Positions 51,158 through 59,981 of a DNA stretch of 64,000 bases are shown piece by piece (position 1 is the stretch's first letter; the number at the start of each line of letters is the position of its first letter). The stretch covers positions 13,102 to 77,101 of the forward strand of contig CAYTNL010000017.1 of the NCBI GenBank assembly GCA_964439145.1, read 5' to 3'. The notes beneath the pieces are model-generated. The model saw nothing but the letters and a program-made list of their open reading frames with translations. It did no database searches and was not told the DNA's origin. The translations under genes and the position numbers were made by a program. Origin of the DNA: an uncultured Verrucomicrobiales bacterium (GTDB lineage: Bacteria; Verrucomicrobiota; Verrucomicrobiia; Verrucomicrobiales; DEV007).

Positions 51158-52501
51158 GTGATCCCGAAAGTCTCCAGTCTCCCGGACACCGACGCCGCCC
51201 GCATCGAGGCCCTGCGCGCCGCCATGCCCGCCGAGGGCATGTTCGCCGAGAAGACCTGGCGCTGGTCGCCCCGGCCTTTTCCCCTGGCCCCGGCCACCGT
51301 GAAGCGTCTCGAGAGGCTGGGGCACCGCCTGGCCCGCTTCCAACGCGCCGCCGATGGCCTCTATCACCGCAGCCAAAAGGGCACCCTCCCCGGCTGGATC
51401 GCCGACATCCTGGATCGGGGAAAGCCCGCGGATCTGCTACGGATCGCCCACGATCCCGGTTTGCGCCAAGCCCTGCCGCGAGTCATCCGGCCGGATCTCA
51501 TCCTCACCGAAGACGGTTTCGCCCTCACCGAGCTCGACAGCGTGCCCGGCGGTATCGGACTCACCGCGTGGCTCGCGGAAGCCTACGCCGGGATTGGATC
51601 GCCCGGACTCGTGGGCGGGGCCGACGGCATGCTTTCCGGATTTCGCGCCCAGTTTCGCGGGGAAAGAGGCGTCGATATCGTCGTGTCGCGCGAGTCCTCC
51701 GACTACCGTCCCGAGATGGACTGGCTGGCGGAGCGGCTGGGTGCCGGATGGGAAGTCGTCTCCGCCGAGGGCTATCGGACCCGCGGTAGGGATCTCTATC
51801 GCTTCTTCGAATTGTTCGATTTGCCGAACCTGCCCGGCTCGCTCGACTGGGCGCGGACTCAGGCGCGGGGAGAGCTGGATCTGACCTCGCCCTACAAGCC
51901 CTGGCTGGAGGAGAAAGCCTGGTCGGCCCTGTTCTGGCTGAGACCTCTGCGGGAGATCTGGCGCCGCGAGTTGCGCGACAGCCACTGGCGTCAGCTCCAG
52001 GAGATCATCCCCCACAGCTGGCTGGTGAATCCCGAGCCGCTCCCGGCCCACGCCGTGATTCCCCGGCTGGAGATTCAGGATTTCTCCGAGCTGAAACAGT
52101 TCAGCCAGACCGAGCGCGATCTGGTGCTGAAAATCAGCGGTTTCTCCGAGCTGGCCTGGGGCAGCCGCAGCGTGAACATCGGCTCCGACCAGTCGCAGGA
52201 GGAGTGGTCGGCCGCCGTCGATGGCGCGCTCGCCGGCTGGGACCTCGCGCCCTGGGTGCTGCAGGAATTCCGCAAAGGCCGGCTCGTGCGACATCCCTAT
52301 TGGAACGAGGCCCGGGGAGCCATGGAGGTCATGGAGGGCCGGGTGCGTCTCTGTCCCTACTACTTCCTCGACATCGCCAACGCGGGGCGGGCGCGTCTCG
52401 GCGGGGTGCTGGCCACCCTCTGTCCGGCGGACAAAAAGATCCTCCACGGCATGAGCGACGCCATCCTGGCGCCTTGCGCGATGGATCCCGACGGTTACTG
52501 A
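51158..52501 (+). CDS. Glutathionylspermidine-synthase-like / circularly permuted ATP-grasp-like protein, function unknown
   Basis: 447-aa ORF (GTG 51158; alternative ATG 51224). RPDLILTEDGFALTELDSVPGGIG and PWLEEKAWSALFW...IIPHSW resemble the pre-ATP-grasp/ATP-grasp blocks of the GspS-like family. This is a weak, memory-based assignment. Confidence 0.4.
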   Translation: MIPKVSSLPDTDAARIEALRAAMPAEGMFAEKTWRWSPRPFPLAPATVKRLERLGHRLARFQRAADGLYHRSQKGTLPGWIADILDRGKPADLLRIAHDPGLRQALPRVIRPDLILTEDGFALTELDSVPGGIGLTAWLAEAYAGIGSPGLVGGADGMLSGFRAQFRGERGVDIVVSRESSDYRPEMDWLAERLGAGWEVVSAEGYRTRGRDLYRFFELFDLPNLPGSLDWARTQARGELDLTSPYKPWLEEKAWSALFWLRPLREIWRRELRDSHWRQLQEIIPHSWLVNPEPLPAHAVIPRLEIQDFSELKQFSQTERDLVLKISGFSELAWGSRSVNIGSDQSQEEWSAAVDGALAGWDLAPWVLQEFRKGRLVRHPYWNEARGAMEVMEGRVRLCPYYFLDIANAGRARLGGVLATLCPADKKILHGMSDAILAPCAMDPDGY

Positions 52502-52524
52502 TAGCGCGAGATAGAGAATGTGCC

Positions 52525-52565
52525 GACTCTACCCTGTCGAGTCCGCGACCCTACCCTGTTGAGTC
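52525..52565 (+). repeat. Recurrent ACCCTsT-hexamer motif, tandem dimer (TCGAGT-N16-TTGAGT) ending 6 nt before an ATG
   Basis: gactctaccctgTCGAGTccgcgaccctaccctgTTGAGTcagcccATG. Hexamers at 52537-52542 and 52559-52564, spacer 16 nt. The ATG at 52571 starts the membrane-protein gene. Confidence 0.6.
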
Positions 52566-52570
52566 AGCCC

Positions 52571-53440
52571 ATGAAAGACGCATCCGCACCCGTATCCGCG
52601 CCCGGCTCGAGGGCACCCTGGTGGCTGTGGCCGAATCTGGTCGGACTCGACGCCCCGGTGGTGGCGGTGGCGTGGCTGGGCGCCTTCACGGTGGCTTTTT
52701 CCGCGCCGGTGAAATTGCCGCACTACCTGGTGCTCTTCTTTTGTGTGTGGTGCCTCTACACCGCGGATCGTCTGCTCGACGCCGCCAAACTGCGGGCGGG
52801 GGACCCGGCTCCCGGCTTGCGCACCCATCGTCACGCATTCATGCGTCGACACGCCCGCTTGTTCGCGGTGCTGTGGTTTTTCGTCGCCTTCATCGGGGGA
52901 CTCCTGGCACTGAATCAACTGGAGAGACCGGTCGTCGGCGCGGGGTTGATCGTGGCGGTGGGCGCGGTCGCCTATTTCCTCACCTTTGTCGCCCCGCTCG
53001 GGGGGAAACGCCCGCTGCCGGGCAAGGAGCTGGCGGGCGGCATCCTGTTCGCCGCCGGGACTACGGTGCCGGTGTTCGCCGATTACGCGGGCGAGCTGCC
53101 GGTGGTGCCGCCCTTCGCGATCTTCGCCGGGCTCTGCGCGTTGAATCTGCTGATGATCGCTTCCCACGAGGGTGATCTGCCGGGGGGACGCGGATTTTCC
53201 CGCCTGCTCGTGGCACTGGGGGTGGGCGTGGCCCTGATGGCGGCGGGGTTGGCGCTGTTCGGCACCACGGTAGAGTCTGCGCCTTCTCTGCGACCACTCT
53301 ATTTCGTGCAAGCCCTGGCGGCGGCGGCGCTGGTGATTTTGCAGAGTGCCCGCTCCGCGACCAGTCGAGAGGCATTCCGCCTGCTGGCCGATGTGGCGCT
53401 GCTGACGCCGTTGCTACCGGTGGCCGCGCTGCTCACTTGA
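52571..53440 (+). CDS. Polytopic membrane protein, weakly UbiA-prenyltransferase-like
   Basis: ATG at 52571 within ORF 52520..53440. About 8 hydrophobic helices. LYTADRLLD is a possible Asp-rich motif after helix 2. The assignment is tentative. Confidence 0.45.
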   Translation: MKDASAPVSAPGSRAPWWLWPNLVGLDAPVVAVAWLGAFTVAFSAPVKLPHYLVLFFCVWCLYTADRLLDAAKLRAGDPAPGLRTHRHAFMRRHARLFAVLWFFVAFIGGLLALNQLERPVVGAGLIVAVGAVAYFLTFVAPLGGKRPLPGKELAGGILFAAGTTVPVFADYAGELPVVPPFAIFAGLCALNLLMIASHEGDLPGGRGFSRLLVALGVGVALMAAGLALFGTTVESAPSLRPLYFVQALAAAALVILQSARSATSREAFRLLADVALLTPLLPVAALLT

Positions 53441-54857
53441 GCGGCCCGATCTCATGCACCGCGCCCACGATGGTCTCCTCGATGCTCTCGTCCCACAAGG
53501 CGGGGAGGCCGTAGTAGACGTTGGAGCCGCCACCCTCGTAGCCGCCTTCCCGGAGGACGCGGAGTGACGGGATGTAGGCCATGACGTCGTTGGCGTAGCC
53601 CGCCACCCAGGTGCGGCTGCCGTGGCGCTCGCGCTTCAGGCGGAGCGCGTAGTCGACGACCACCTCACCGCCGAGCCAGACAAAGTCCACGCCCGTTTGC
53701 GGATCGCCGAGCGTCCAGACGCCCACCGGATAGGGGAAACTGCCATCGAGGCCGACGTCGGCGCCTTCGTTCTTCGTGCGCTCGTGCAGCAGAAAGCGGG
53801 CGCGCCCGCCCTCGTAACTGTCGGGAACTTCGGCCGCGGTTTTTTCCAGGGACTCCGTGGTGGGAACTTCCGCGAGAGGGGCGTCGATTTCCCGAAAGCG
53901 GGTATCCAATGCCGGAGCCAGCGCCGCCATGGGGGCGTCGAGAGTCTCCCGCACCGCGGCGGCGAGGCGCTGTCCGTAGCTCTCGGCGAGTTCGACCTGC
54001 TGCCGGGGCAGGGGATTCTGATCGGCCCCGCAGCCGGCCCAGAAAAGGGCGACGCAACCGGGGTGAGCCTTTTCGATCTCGATCTGTGCATAACCGGGAT
54101 AATCACCGCACCACTCCTGCCCGCCCAGCACGGTGGCGTGGCAGGCGTAGCCGAAAAGCACGGCCCGGAGGGAGCGGGTCTCGGGATCGCGCACGCTGAG
54201 TACGGGCACGTCGTGGTCGACGGGGCCTTTCAGCTCGCCGCGGGCGCGCCACTCGGGCACCTGGTCGTAGGGTTTGTTCTCCCGACGGTTGACGGCGAAG
54301 GTGGTCTCGCCGCTGCCCTGCTGGACTTCGGCCGGGGCCAGCCGGGCGATGGCCTCGTCGGCGACGGTGACGACTTTTTCCACGAGGATGGCGGCGTAGG
54401 CGTCGACTTTGGCCTGTTGCTCCGCGTCGATCCGCCACCAGTGCAGGGGTCCCAGATTGCGCCGACCCACCACCGGTCCGCTATGGGTGTGGGAGGTGGC
54501 GATGGCGATCTGCTCGCGGGCGAGACCGTGTTTCGCGCCGACGCGTTCGCAGATGAGCCGGGACATCTCGCGGTCGATCCCGACGAGATCGAGACTGATG
54601 ACAAGGCCGCGGCGGCCGGAGGCGTCCTCCAGCGCGAGCGCCTTGGCCCAGAGTTCGGTGAGTTTTCCCTCGGCGGGGGCTTTGCGTCCGCCGTAGCCGG
54701 CCATCCAGGTGGGTTCGTCGGGGGTGATGACCACGGAGGCGGCGCCCGCTTTCCAGCCCGATACCTGGTCGGAATCGGCGGCGGAGACCAGCAGCAGACA
54801 GGCGCCCCCGGTCAGGGCGAGCAGCAAGGGGGCGAACAGGGGAAGGAGGCGTTTCAT
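53433..54857 (-). CDS. Neutral/alkaline ceramidase-like hydrolase (N-terminal domain family), secreted
   Basis: Signal peptide, then GWKAGAASVVITPDEPTWMAGYGGR...LWAKALALED...IATSHTHSGP, typical of the non-lysosomal ceramidase N-terminal domain family. Confidence 0.65.
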   Translation of the reverse strand: MKRLLPLFAPLLLALTGGACLLLVSAADSDQVSGWKAGAASVVITPDEPTWMAGYGGRKAPAEGKLTELWAKALALEDASGRRGLVISLDLVGIDREMSRLICERVGAKHGLAREQIAIATSHTHSGPVVGRRNLGPLHWWRIDAEQQAKVDAYAAILVEKVVTVADEAIARLAPAEVQQGSGETTFAVNRRENKPYDQVPEWRARGELKGPVDHDVPVLSVRDPETRSLRAVLFGYACHATVLGGQEWCGDYPGYAQIEIEKAHPGCVALFWAGCGADQNPLPRQQVELAESYGQRLAAAVRETLDAPMAALAPALDTRFREIDAPLAEVPTTESLEKTAAEVPDSYEGGRARFLLHERTKNEGADVGLDGSFPYPVGVWTLGDPQTGVDFVWLGGEVVVDYALRLKRERHGSRTWVAGYANDVMAYIPSLRVLREGGYEGGGSNVYYGLPALWDESIEETIVGAVHEIGPLK

Positions 54858-54872
54858 GGATGCGTGGTGACT

Positions 54873-57179
54873 TTACTTGGCCAGGAAATCCAGTGCCGAA
54901 TTCTGATCGCCGCCGAGGGTCAGGTTCCCGGCGGCTCCGGCGGTGGAGTAGGTGGTCTGGAGCGCTGCGGCGAGAGTGGCGTCGCCATCGATCAAGAGCG
55001 TGGCGTGGGGCGCGGAGAGTGTGAGCAGACCGCCGAGGTCGCCGTATTTTTCCGCGCCGGGCAGGAAGTCGGCGTCCCAGTCGGAGGCGAGCTTGCCGAA
55101 GCGGAATCCGGCGGTGTCGATCACGGCGCGGTCGATGTCGCCCCCGGCGACGGCGCGGGCGGCGGCGATCCAGTGTCCGGTGCCGGGTTCGCCGGCCAGG
55201 CCCACGGTCTTGACCTCCCAGGTCTCGTGGTTGCGGATGAAGGTCAGGGCGGTGAGCACATCGTGCACCCGGCGGGCGAAGAGGCCGTGGTTGTAGCCGT
55301 AGTAATAGACGGCGGAGCGTTGCCAACTGTCGGCGGGCAGTTCGTCGCCTTTGTTCGAGTAGGTGGTGCGGGGATTTTCGGAAGCTTTTTCCCCGGGGTT
55401 GAGAAATTCGCCCTGTTTGAAAAGATCCAATCCGACCACCGCCACCCCGCGATCCACCAGTTTTCGCACCGGCTCGCGGAGGTTGCCGGCGCCGCCGTCG
55501 AAGAGTCCGGCCTTGCCCTCGGGTGACAGCCAGATCACGACCGCGCCTTTCCAGACATCGCGTCCGGGAAAGGCGAAGGCGGCGGGGATCTCCTCGCCGT
55601 GCGTTTCATTGGCGATGAGACCGGTCATTTCCACATGGCCGGATCGCTCCTCTTTTCCGATGAGCCCGAAGTTCACCTCGTCCGCGGTCGGCACGGCGCG
55701 GCCGATGAGGATCTCCGCGGCGCGACCGAGTACGGCCCGGCTTTCCGCCAGGGTGTCGGCATCCTTCGGCGTCAGCAGCGGGGCGATGAGCGCGTCGGAG
55801 TCGTCGGCCCAGTGGCGGTTCACCGCCCGCTCGTGGGCATCGCCCACCTGATCGCCCGAGGGCGCGGGATGTTCCGCGGTCCAGACGGTGAGCTCGGTTT
55901 TACCCAACGGCTCGTAGTCACGCTCGAGGACGGGGGATTTCAGACCGAGCCCGAAATGCCGGTTCACGAATTGATACAGGTGGGTCCGGGAGACATGATT
56001 GTAGTTATGCTTGAAGTGGATGTCGAAGTGGGCCTCGTAGTTCTTCGGAGCGCCGACCATCTCGTAGAGGTTCTTCAGGTCGGGATAGCCCTTCGTCTCC
56101 AGCTCGATGGTCCAGTCGTCCGCGGCCGTCATGCCCTGGGGACGCGGGGCTACCGCGGCGGCGATGTCGATGTTGCCCTGGCCGATGCGGAGCAGGTGGG
56201 TGTTTTCGCAGGTGCAGCCACCCTGCATGGCGGTGGAGGGCATCACGCAGGGAAAGGACGCCGTGATCCGGTCGTCGATCGCGGACAGCATCTGAGTTTG
56301 GGTGCCCCCGCCGCTGGCGCCGGTGACGAGGACGCGTCCGGCATCGACGTCTTCGAGAGCGAGGACGAAATCGAGCGCCCGGATGCTGTTCCACGTCTGG
56401 AGGCCGAAGTTGGTCTGCAATCGGCCGGTGGAGCGGGGACTGACGAATCCCCATTCCCCGGGCGTGTCGGAGATCATGTGTTCGCGCGGGCCGCGGCGGT
56501 GTTCGGGGAACTGGACCGAGTCCGCGTAGCCGATCATGTCGTAGGCGAACACCACGCAGCCCATCCGCGCCAGTTGGACGCAGCGGGCGATGATGGGATT
56601 GTGGGCGGCGGTGAGGAAACGCTCCGCGCCCTGGGCGATCTGGGCGAGGGCCTGGGCTTCACCGGCGTCGTAGAAGCGGCCGTTGTTCCAGTGGCCGTGG
56701 GGACAGAGCACGGCTGGGCGTTTCCCGTCCTTCTCCCCGATGGCGAGGGACTCACCGGTCGGTCGGAAAAGGCTGCCGGTGACGAAATGACCGGGGAAAC
56801 TTTCGATGATGATACGCTCCACCGAGAAGCCGTCGCCCTCGACCGCACCGTGAACGACGGGATTCAGCGGCGTCTTCGTCGGCATGGGCCAGAGGCCGCA
56901 GGCGATCTGGACACGGTCGCGGATGTCGCGCTGGCGCGTTTCCCATTCCCCCTTCGAGGCCACGGGGCGGAAAGGATGGTAGTCGTGCAGCGTCACCGGA
57001 GCCGCGAGCCGGGCGTCATTGGGCAGCTCACCGGTTTTCTGGACTCGGGGACCATTCGCCGGGGCAGTCGACGCGAGGAACAGCACGGCGAGACCGGCGG
57101 TGGCGGCGGAAACAGGGGAAAAGAAGCGGGCTTTCACGAAAGGATGGGCGAGTGGAGTTCGTAATGGGTGGGCGACCAT
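54873..57179 (-). CDS. Large alpha/beta-hydrolase (acetylxylan-esterase/dienelactone-hydrolase-like), secreted
   Basis: 768 aa. PAVLCPHGHW, nucleophile-elbow-like VLVTGASGGGTQT, plus a second hydrolase-like half (VIWLSPEGKAG...VAVVGLDLF). Confidence 0.6.
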   Translation of the reverse strand: MVAHPLRTPLAHPFVKARFFSPVSAATAGLAVLFLASTAPANGPRVQKTGELPNDARLAAPVTLHDYHPFRPVASKGEWETRQRDIRDRVQIACGLWPMPTKTPLNPVVHGAVEGDGFSVERIIIESFPGHFVTGSLFRPTGESLAIGEKDGKRPAVLCPHGHWNNGRFYDAGEAQALAQIAQGAERFLTAAHNPIIARCVQLARMGCVVFAYDMIGYADSVQFPEHRRGPREHMISDTPGEWGFVSPRSTGRLQTNFGLQTWNSIRALDFVLALEDVDAGRVLVTGASGGGTQTQMLSAIDDRITASFPCVMPSTAMQGGCTCENTHLLRIGQGNIDIAAAVAPRPQGMTAADDWTIELETKGYPDLKNLYEMVGAPKNYEAHFDIHFKHNYNHVSRTHLYQFVNRHFGLGLKSPVLERDYEPLGKTELTVWTAEHPAPSGDQVGDAHERAVNRHWADDSDALIAPLLTPKDADTLAESRAVLGRAAEILIGRAVPTADEVNFGLIGKEERSGHVEMTGLIANETHGEEIPAAFAFPGRDVWKGAVVIWLSPEGKAGLFDGGAGNLREPVRKLVDRGVAVVGLDLFKQGEFLNPGEKASENPRTTYSNKGDELPADSWQRSAVYYYGYNHGLFARRVHDVLTALTFIRNHETWEVKTVGLAGEPGTGHWIAAARAVAGGDIDRAVIDTAGFRFGKLASDWDADFLPGAEKYGDLGGLLTLSAPHATLLIDGDATLAAALQTTYSTAGAAGNLTLGGDQNSALDFLAK

Positions 57180-57310
57180 GATCGTCCATGAGTCGAGGCT
57201 ATCCCGGCGCCCGCTTCGCCTCCAAGCCGAAAGCTCCGCGCAATCAGGGACTGCAAAGCGGACACAGTTGATTTATCCTTCCCCACCACAGAACCGGAGC
57301 CCGAACCGCC

Positions 57311-58141
57311 GTGATCCAGATTCCCCAAATTATCGCCGTCAATGCCGCTCTCCTCCTGAGCGCTTTCCTTTTCACCTCCTGCGCCTCCAGCAGCGGGCGA
57401 GGCCTCTCCTGGGAAGCCCAGCTGGGTCCGGTGCCGACCACACCCGTCACCCCGCAGCAGCTCCAGCAGTATGTGAAGGTGAAAAGCGATCCCATCAGCA
57501 AGGGCAGCTATGGCCGCCGCCTGCACCGGCCCATGGAGCCGCGCTACATCACCATTCACAGCACGCAGAACTACACCGGCGACGCTTACGCCCACGCCAA
57601 AGCCCTCAAGCGCGGCGCCCTGCGCGGCGGCGTCTGCGGCTACCTCTGCTGGCACTTCACCGTGCAGGACGACGTCGTCGTGCAGCACATCCCCACCAAC
57701 GAGCGCGGAGAGCACGCCGATTTCGACGGCCCCGGCAACCGCTACTCCATCGGGATCGAAATGTGCGAGCACAAAGGCAACGACCTCGCCAAGACCATCG
57801 ACCGCACCGCCCAGCTGACCGCCTCGTTGATGTATTACCACAACATCCCGCTCTCCAACGTGGTGCCGCACTATCATTGGCCGCGTCCGAGGACTTCCAC
57901 GCCGCACAAGAACTGCCCCCATTTCCTCCTCGAGGATGGCAAACCGGGCGCGACCTGGAAATGGTTCCTCACCCGGGTGGAGCGCCACTACCGCCGCATC
58001 CAGGCGCCGCGGGGCAACGCGCCGCAGATGGCGACAGCTCCCGCGCCGATGCCGGCGCCCCAGGGCTCCGGTTCATCGGCCATCATCCCCGTGGCCTACG
58101 TCGGCGATGGCGGAGGCAGGCGCGGATTGCTGGATCGGTGA
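57311..58141 (+). CDS. N-acetylmuramoyl-L-alanine amidase (amidase_2/PGRP type) lipoprotein
   Basis: GTG start, lipobox LFTSC. ITIHSTQN...WHFTVQDD...HADFDGPGNRYSIGIEMCEH...VVPHYHW...KNCPH (Zn ligand pattern H...H...C). Confidence 0.8.
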   Translation: MIQIPQIIAVNAALLLSAFLFTSCASSSGRGLSWEAQLGPVPTTPVTPQQLQQYVKVKSDPISKGSYGRRLHRPMEPRYITIHSTQNYTGDAYAHAKALKRGALRGGVCGYLCWHFTVQDDVVVQHIPTNERGEHADFDGPGNRYSIGIEMCEHKGNDLAKTIDRTAQLTASLMYYHNIPLSNVVPHYHWPRPRTSTPHKNCPHFLLEDGKPGATWKWFLTRVERHYRRIQAPRGNAPQMATAPAPMPAPQGSGSSAIIPVAYVGDGGGRRGLLDR

Positions 58142-58222
58142 GCGGGAGTTCATGTCGGGCGTTATTCCGGCGTCCGCCGATAGGGATTGCTCCTTCTTAG
58201 GTGTCATGGTATCTAGGACACC

Positions 58223-59419
58223 ATGAAGGTAGCCATCATCCGCCTGATTCAGGGGATCGCTATTCTCCACCTCGGGGGATTCGTTTCCGTCGCCCAGACC
58301 GAGAACCCGATGCGCACCTGGACGGATGAGTCCGGACGCCAGGTGCGGGCAGTGTTGGAAAAGTTTCAGGATGGCGGCACCCTGATCCTGCGACTCGAAG
58401 ACGGGCGCAGCGTTCCCTTTCCGGTCAGTAAGCTCAGCAAAGCCGATCAGGACTACGCGTTGGAAATGTACGCCGCGCGCCCGACGATCACCGAAGTCGA
58501 TTGGTCCGCCCCGAAACAGTCCGAAGACTATGTGGTGCGCGGCGTGCGACGCGAAAACTGTCCCGGCTTCGTCTCCACCAAATCAGGATGGGAATACAAG
58601 ATCAAGTGCATCGAGGCGCGCCTCGAATACAAAGGGGAAGAAGCCTCCGCACCCGGTTACGTCTCCGCCTATTTTTATGATCGCGAAGGCAGGCTGCTGG
58701 AAAAATTTGACAAACCTCCCCGCCGTCAGAACGAGGACCGGACTTATGTCGAACTTCCTGCCCGATTCGAGAAGGGCAAATCTGTGGAGGTATATTACCC
58801 CCTGACGGAGTTCCTCGAAGCCAGCGACTGGGCCACCGTGCTGATTGTTTTCGGATCGGGAAATGAGTTCACGGCCCAGACCATGCCCGGCACCAGTCTG
58901 GAAAAGCTGGATTTCGCAGAGAAGAAGCACCTTTTCCCCGGCTGGGATCCCGATGCCGCCGTTGGATCGCAGCCCAAGCAAATGAGTCAGGCCGAACTGG
59001 AAATCCGGCGGGTCAAGCAAGTCGACCATCCCTACGCGGTCGTCTTCAATGGAGGCTACTCGTCCAACGTGCCGTGCGTGACCGCGGAAGTGCGGTCGAA
59101 AGGGAGCGCGCCTCCGGGGCAGGGATCCGTCAAACTCTACGTCTTCGACGCCTCCGGCAGGCAGGTCGCCTCCCGCGGGGGACCTTCCAGTGCCATCGCC
59201 GAGGGAGGCACCAGCCAGTATGTCGCGAATCCCAAGATCGCGGACGACTCCTGGCATCCTGTCGTCTTCGCGCTCGACCGTGAACTCGAAGACAAGAAAC
59301 ACCCGACCTACGTCGTCGTGTTCACATTTGCCGGCGCCACGACCGCGTACGTGGAGAGTTCCGTGGGGGCGACCCTGGAAAAGCTGGAATTCCCCGAGAA
59401 GAAGGATCTGCCGAAATGA
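58223..59419 (+). CDS. Secreted protein with N-terminal SHD1-like domain and two repeated beta-rich modules
   Basis: Signal peptide. RTWTDESGRQVRAVLEKFQDGGTLILRLEDGRSVPFPVSKLSKADQDY matches the SLA1-homology-domain-1 pattern common in PVC bacteria. Two modules each end in LEKL[DE]F[AP]EKK. Confidence 0.6.
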   Translation: MKVAIIRLIQGIAILHLGGFVSVAQTENPMRTWTDESGRQVRAVLEKFQDGGTLILRLEDGRSVPFPVSKLSKADQDYALEMYAARPTITEVDWSAPKQSEDYVVRGVRRENCPGFVSTKSGWEYKIKCIEARLEYKGEEASAPGYVSAYFYDREGRLLEKFDKPPRRQNEDRTYVELPARFEKGKSVEVYYPLTEFLEASDWATVLIVFGSGNEFTAQTMPGTSLEKLDFAEKKHLFPGWDPDAAVGSQPKQMSQAELEIRRVKQVDHPYAVVFNGGYSSNVPCVTAEVRSKGSAPPGQGSVKLYVFDASGRQVASRGGPSSAIAEGGTSQYVANPKIADDSWHPVVFALDRELEDKKHPTYVVVFTFAGATTAYVESSVGATLEKLEFPEKKDLPK

Positions 59420-59456
59420 TCCCACTTCGCTAGGGCGCGACCTCTGGAACAGCGTC

Positions 59457-59975
59457 CTACCTACCCAGCACGCCCAGCAGGCTCTCCACCAGTTCCTCAG
59501 CGGATCGCTCGATGCCCAGCGCTATCGCGCCTTCCTCGGGCACCGGTTTCTCCAACGCGGCGAACTGACTCTCCAGCAGCGACGCCGGCATGTACTCGTG
59601 CTCGCGACTCACCATCCGACCGTGGATGAGAGCGAAATCGCCGTCGAGAAACACCAGTCGCGCCCGGCCCTCGTGGCCGCGCAGCAGATACTCCCGGTAG
59701 CTCCTCTTCAGCGCCGAACACGACACCACCACCGGGCGGCGATCCGACTCCGCGAGGGCGCGCTCGATTTCCCGCCGCAGATTGTCGAACCACGGCCAGC
59801 GCTCCTTGTCGGTGAGGGGAACTCCCGCGCCCATCAACATCTTGTTTTCCGGCGGATGAAAATCATCGCCCTCCAGGAAAGTTCCACCGAGCCGCTCGGC
59901 CAGCAGCGCGCCCACCGTCGACTTCCCGCAGCCGGACACGCCCATGATCAGGATGAGATCGATTTCCCGCTTCAC
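59457..59975 (-). CDS. gntK: Gluconokinase
   Basis: LIMGVSGCGKSTVGALLAERLGGTFLEGDDFHPPENKMLMGAGVPLTDKERWPW is the GntK/IdnK signature region. 172 aa. Confidence 0.85.
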   Translation of the reverse strand: MKREIDLILIMGVSGCGKSTVGALLAERLGGTFLEGDDFHPPENKMLMGAGVPLTDKERWPWFDNLRREIERALAESDRRPVVVSCSALKRSYREYLLRGHEGRARLVFLDGDFALIHGRMVSREHEYMPASLLESQFAALEKPVPEEGAIALGIERSAEELVESLLGVLGR

Positions 59976-59981
59976 GTCGCG

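Noticed and set aside
53622-55526. 634-aa ORF on the plus strand, and similar long antisense ORFs (4949..6490, 55599..57164, 47164..48801, 42932..44551, 41543..42754, 29355..31130)
   Set aside because: All are antisense to genes with strong family signatures and show Gly/Arg/Val/Asp-rich shadow-frame composition.
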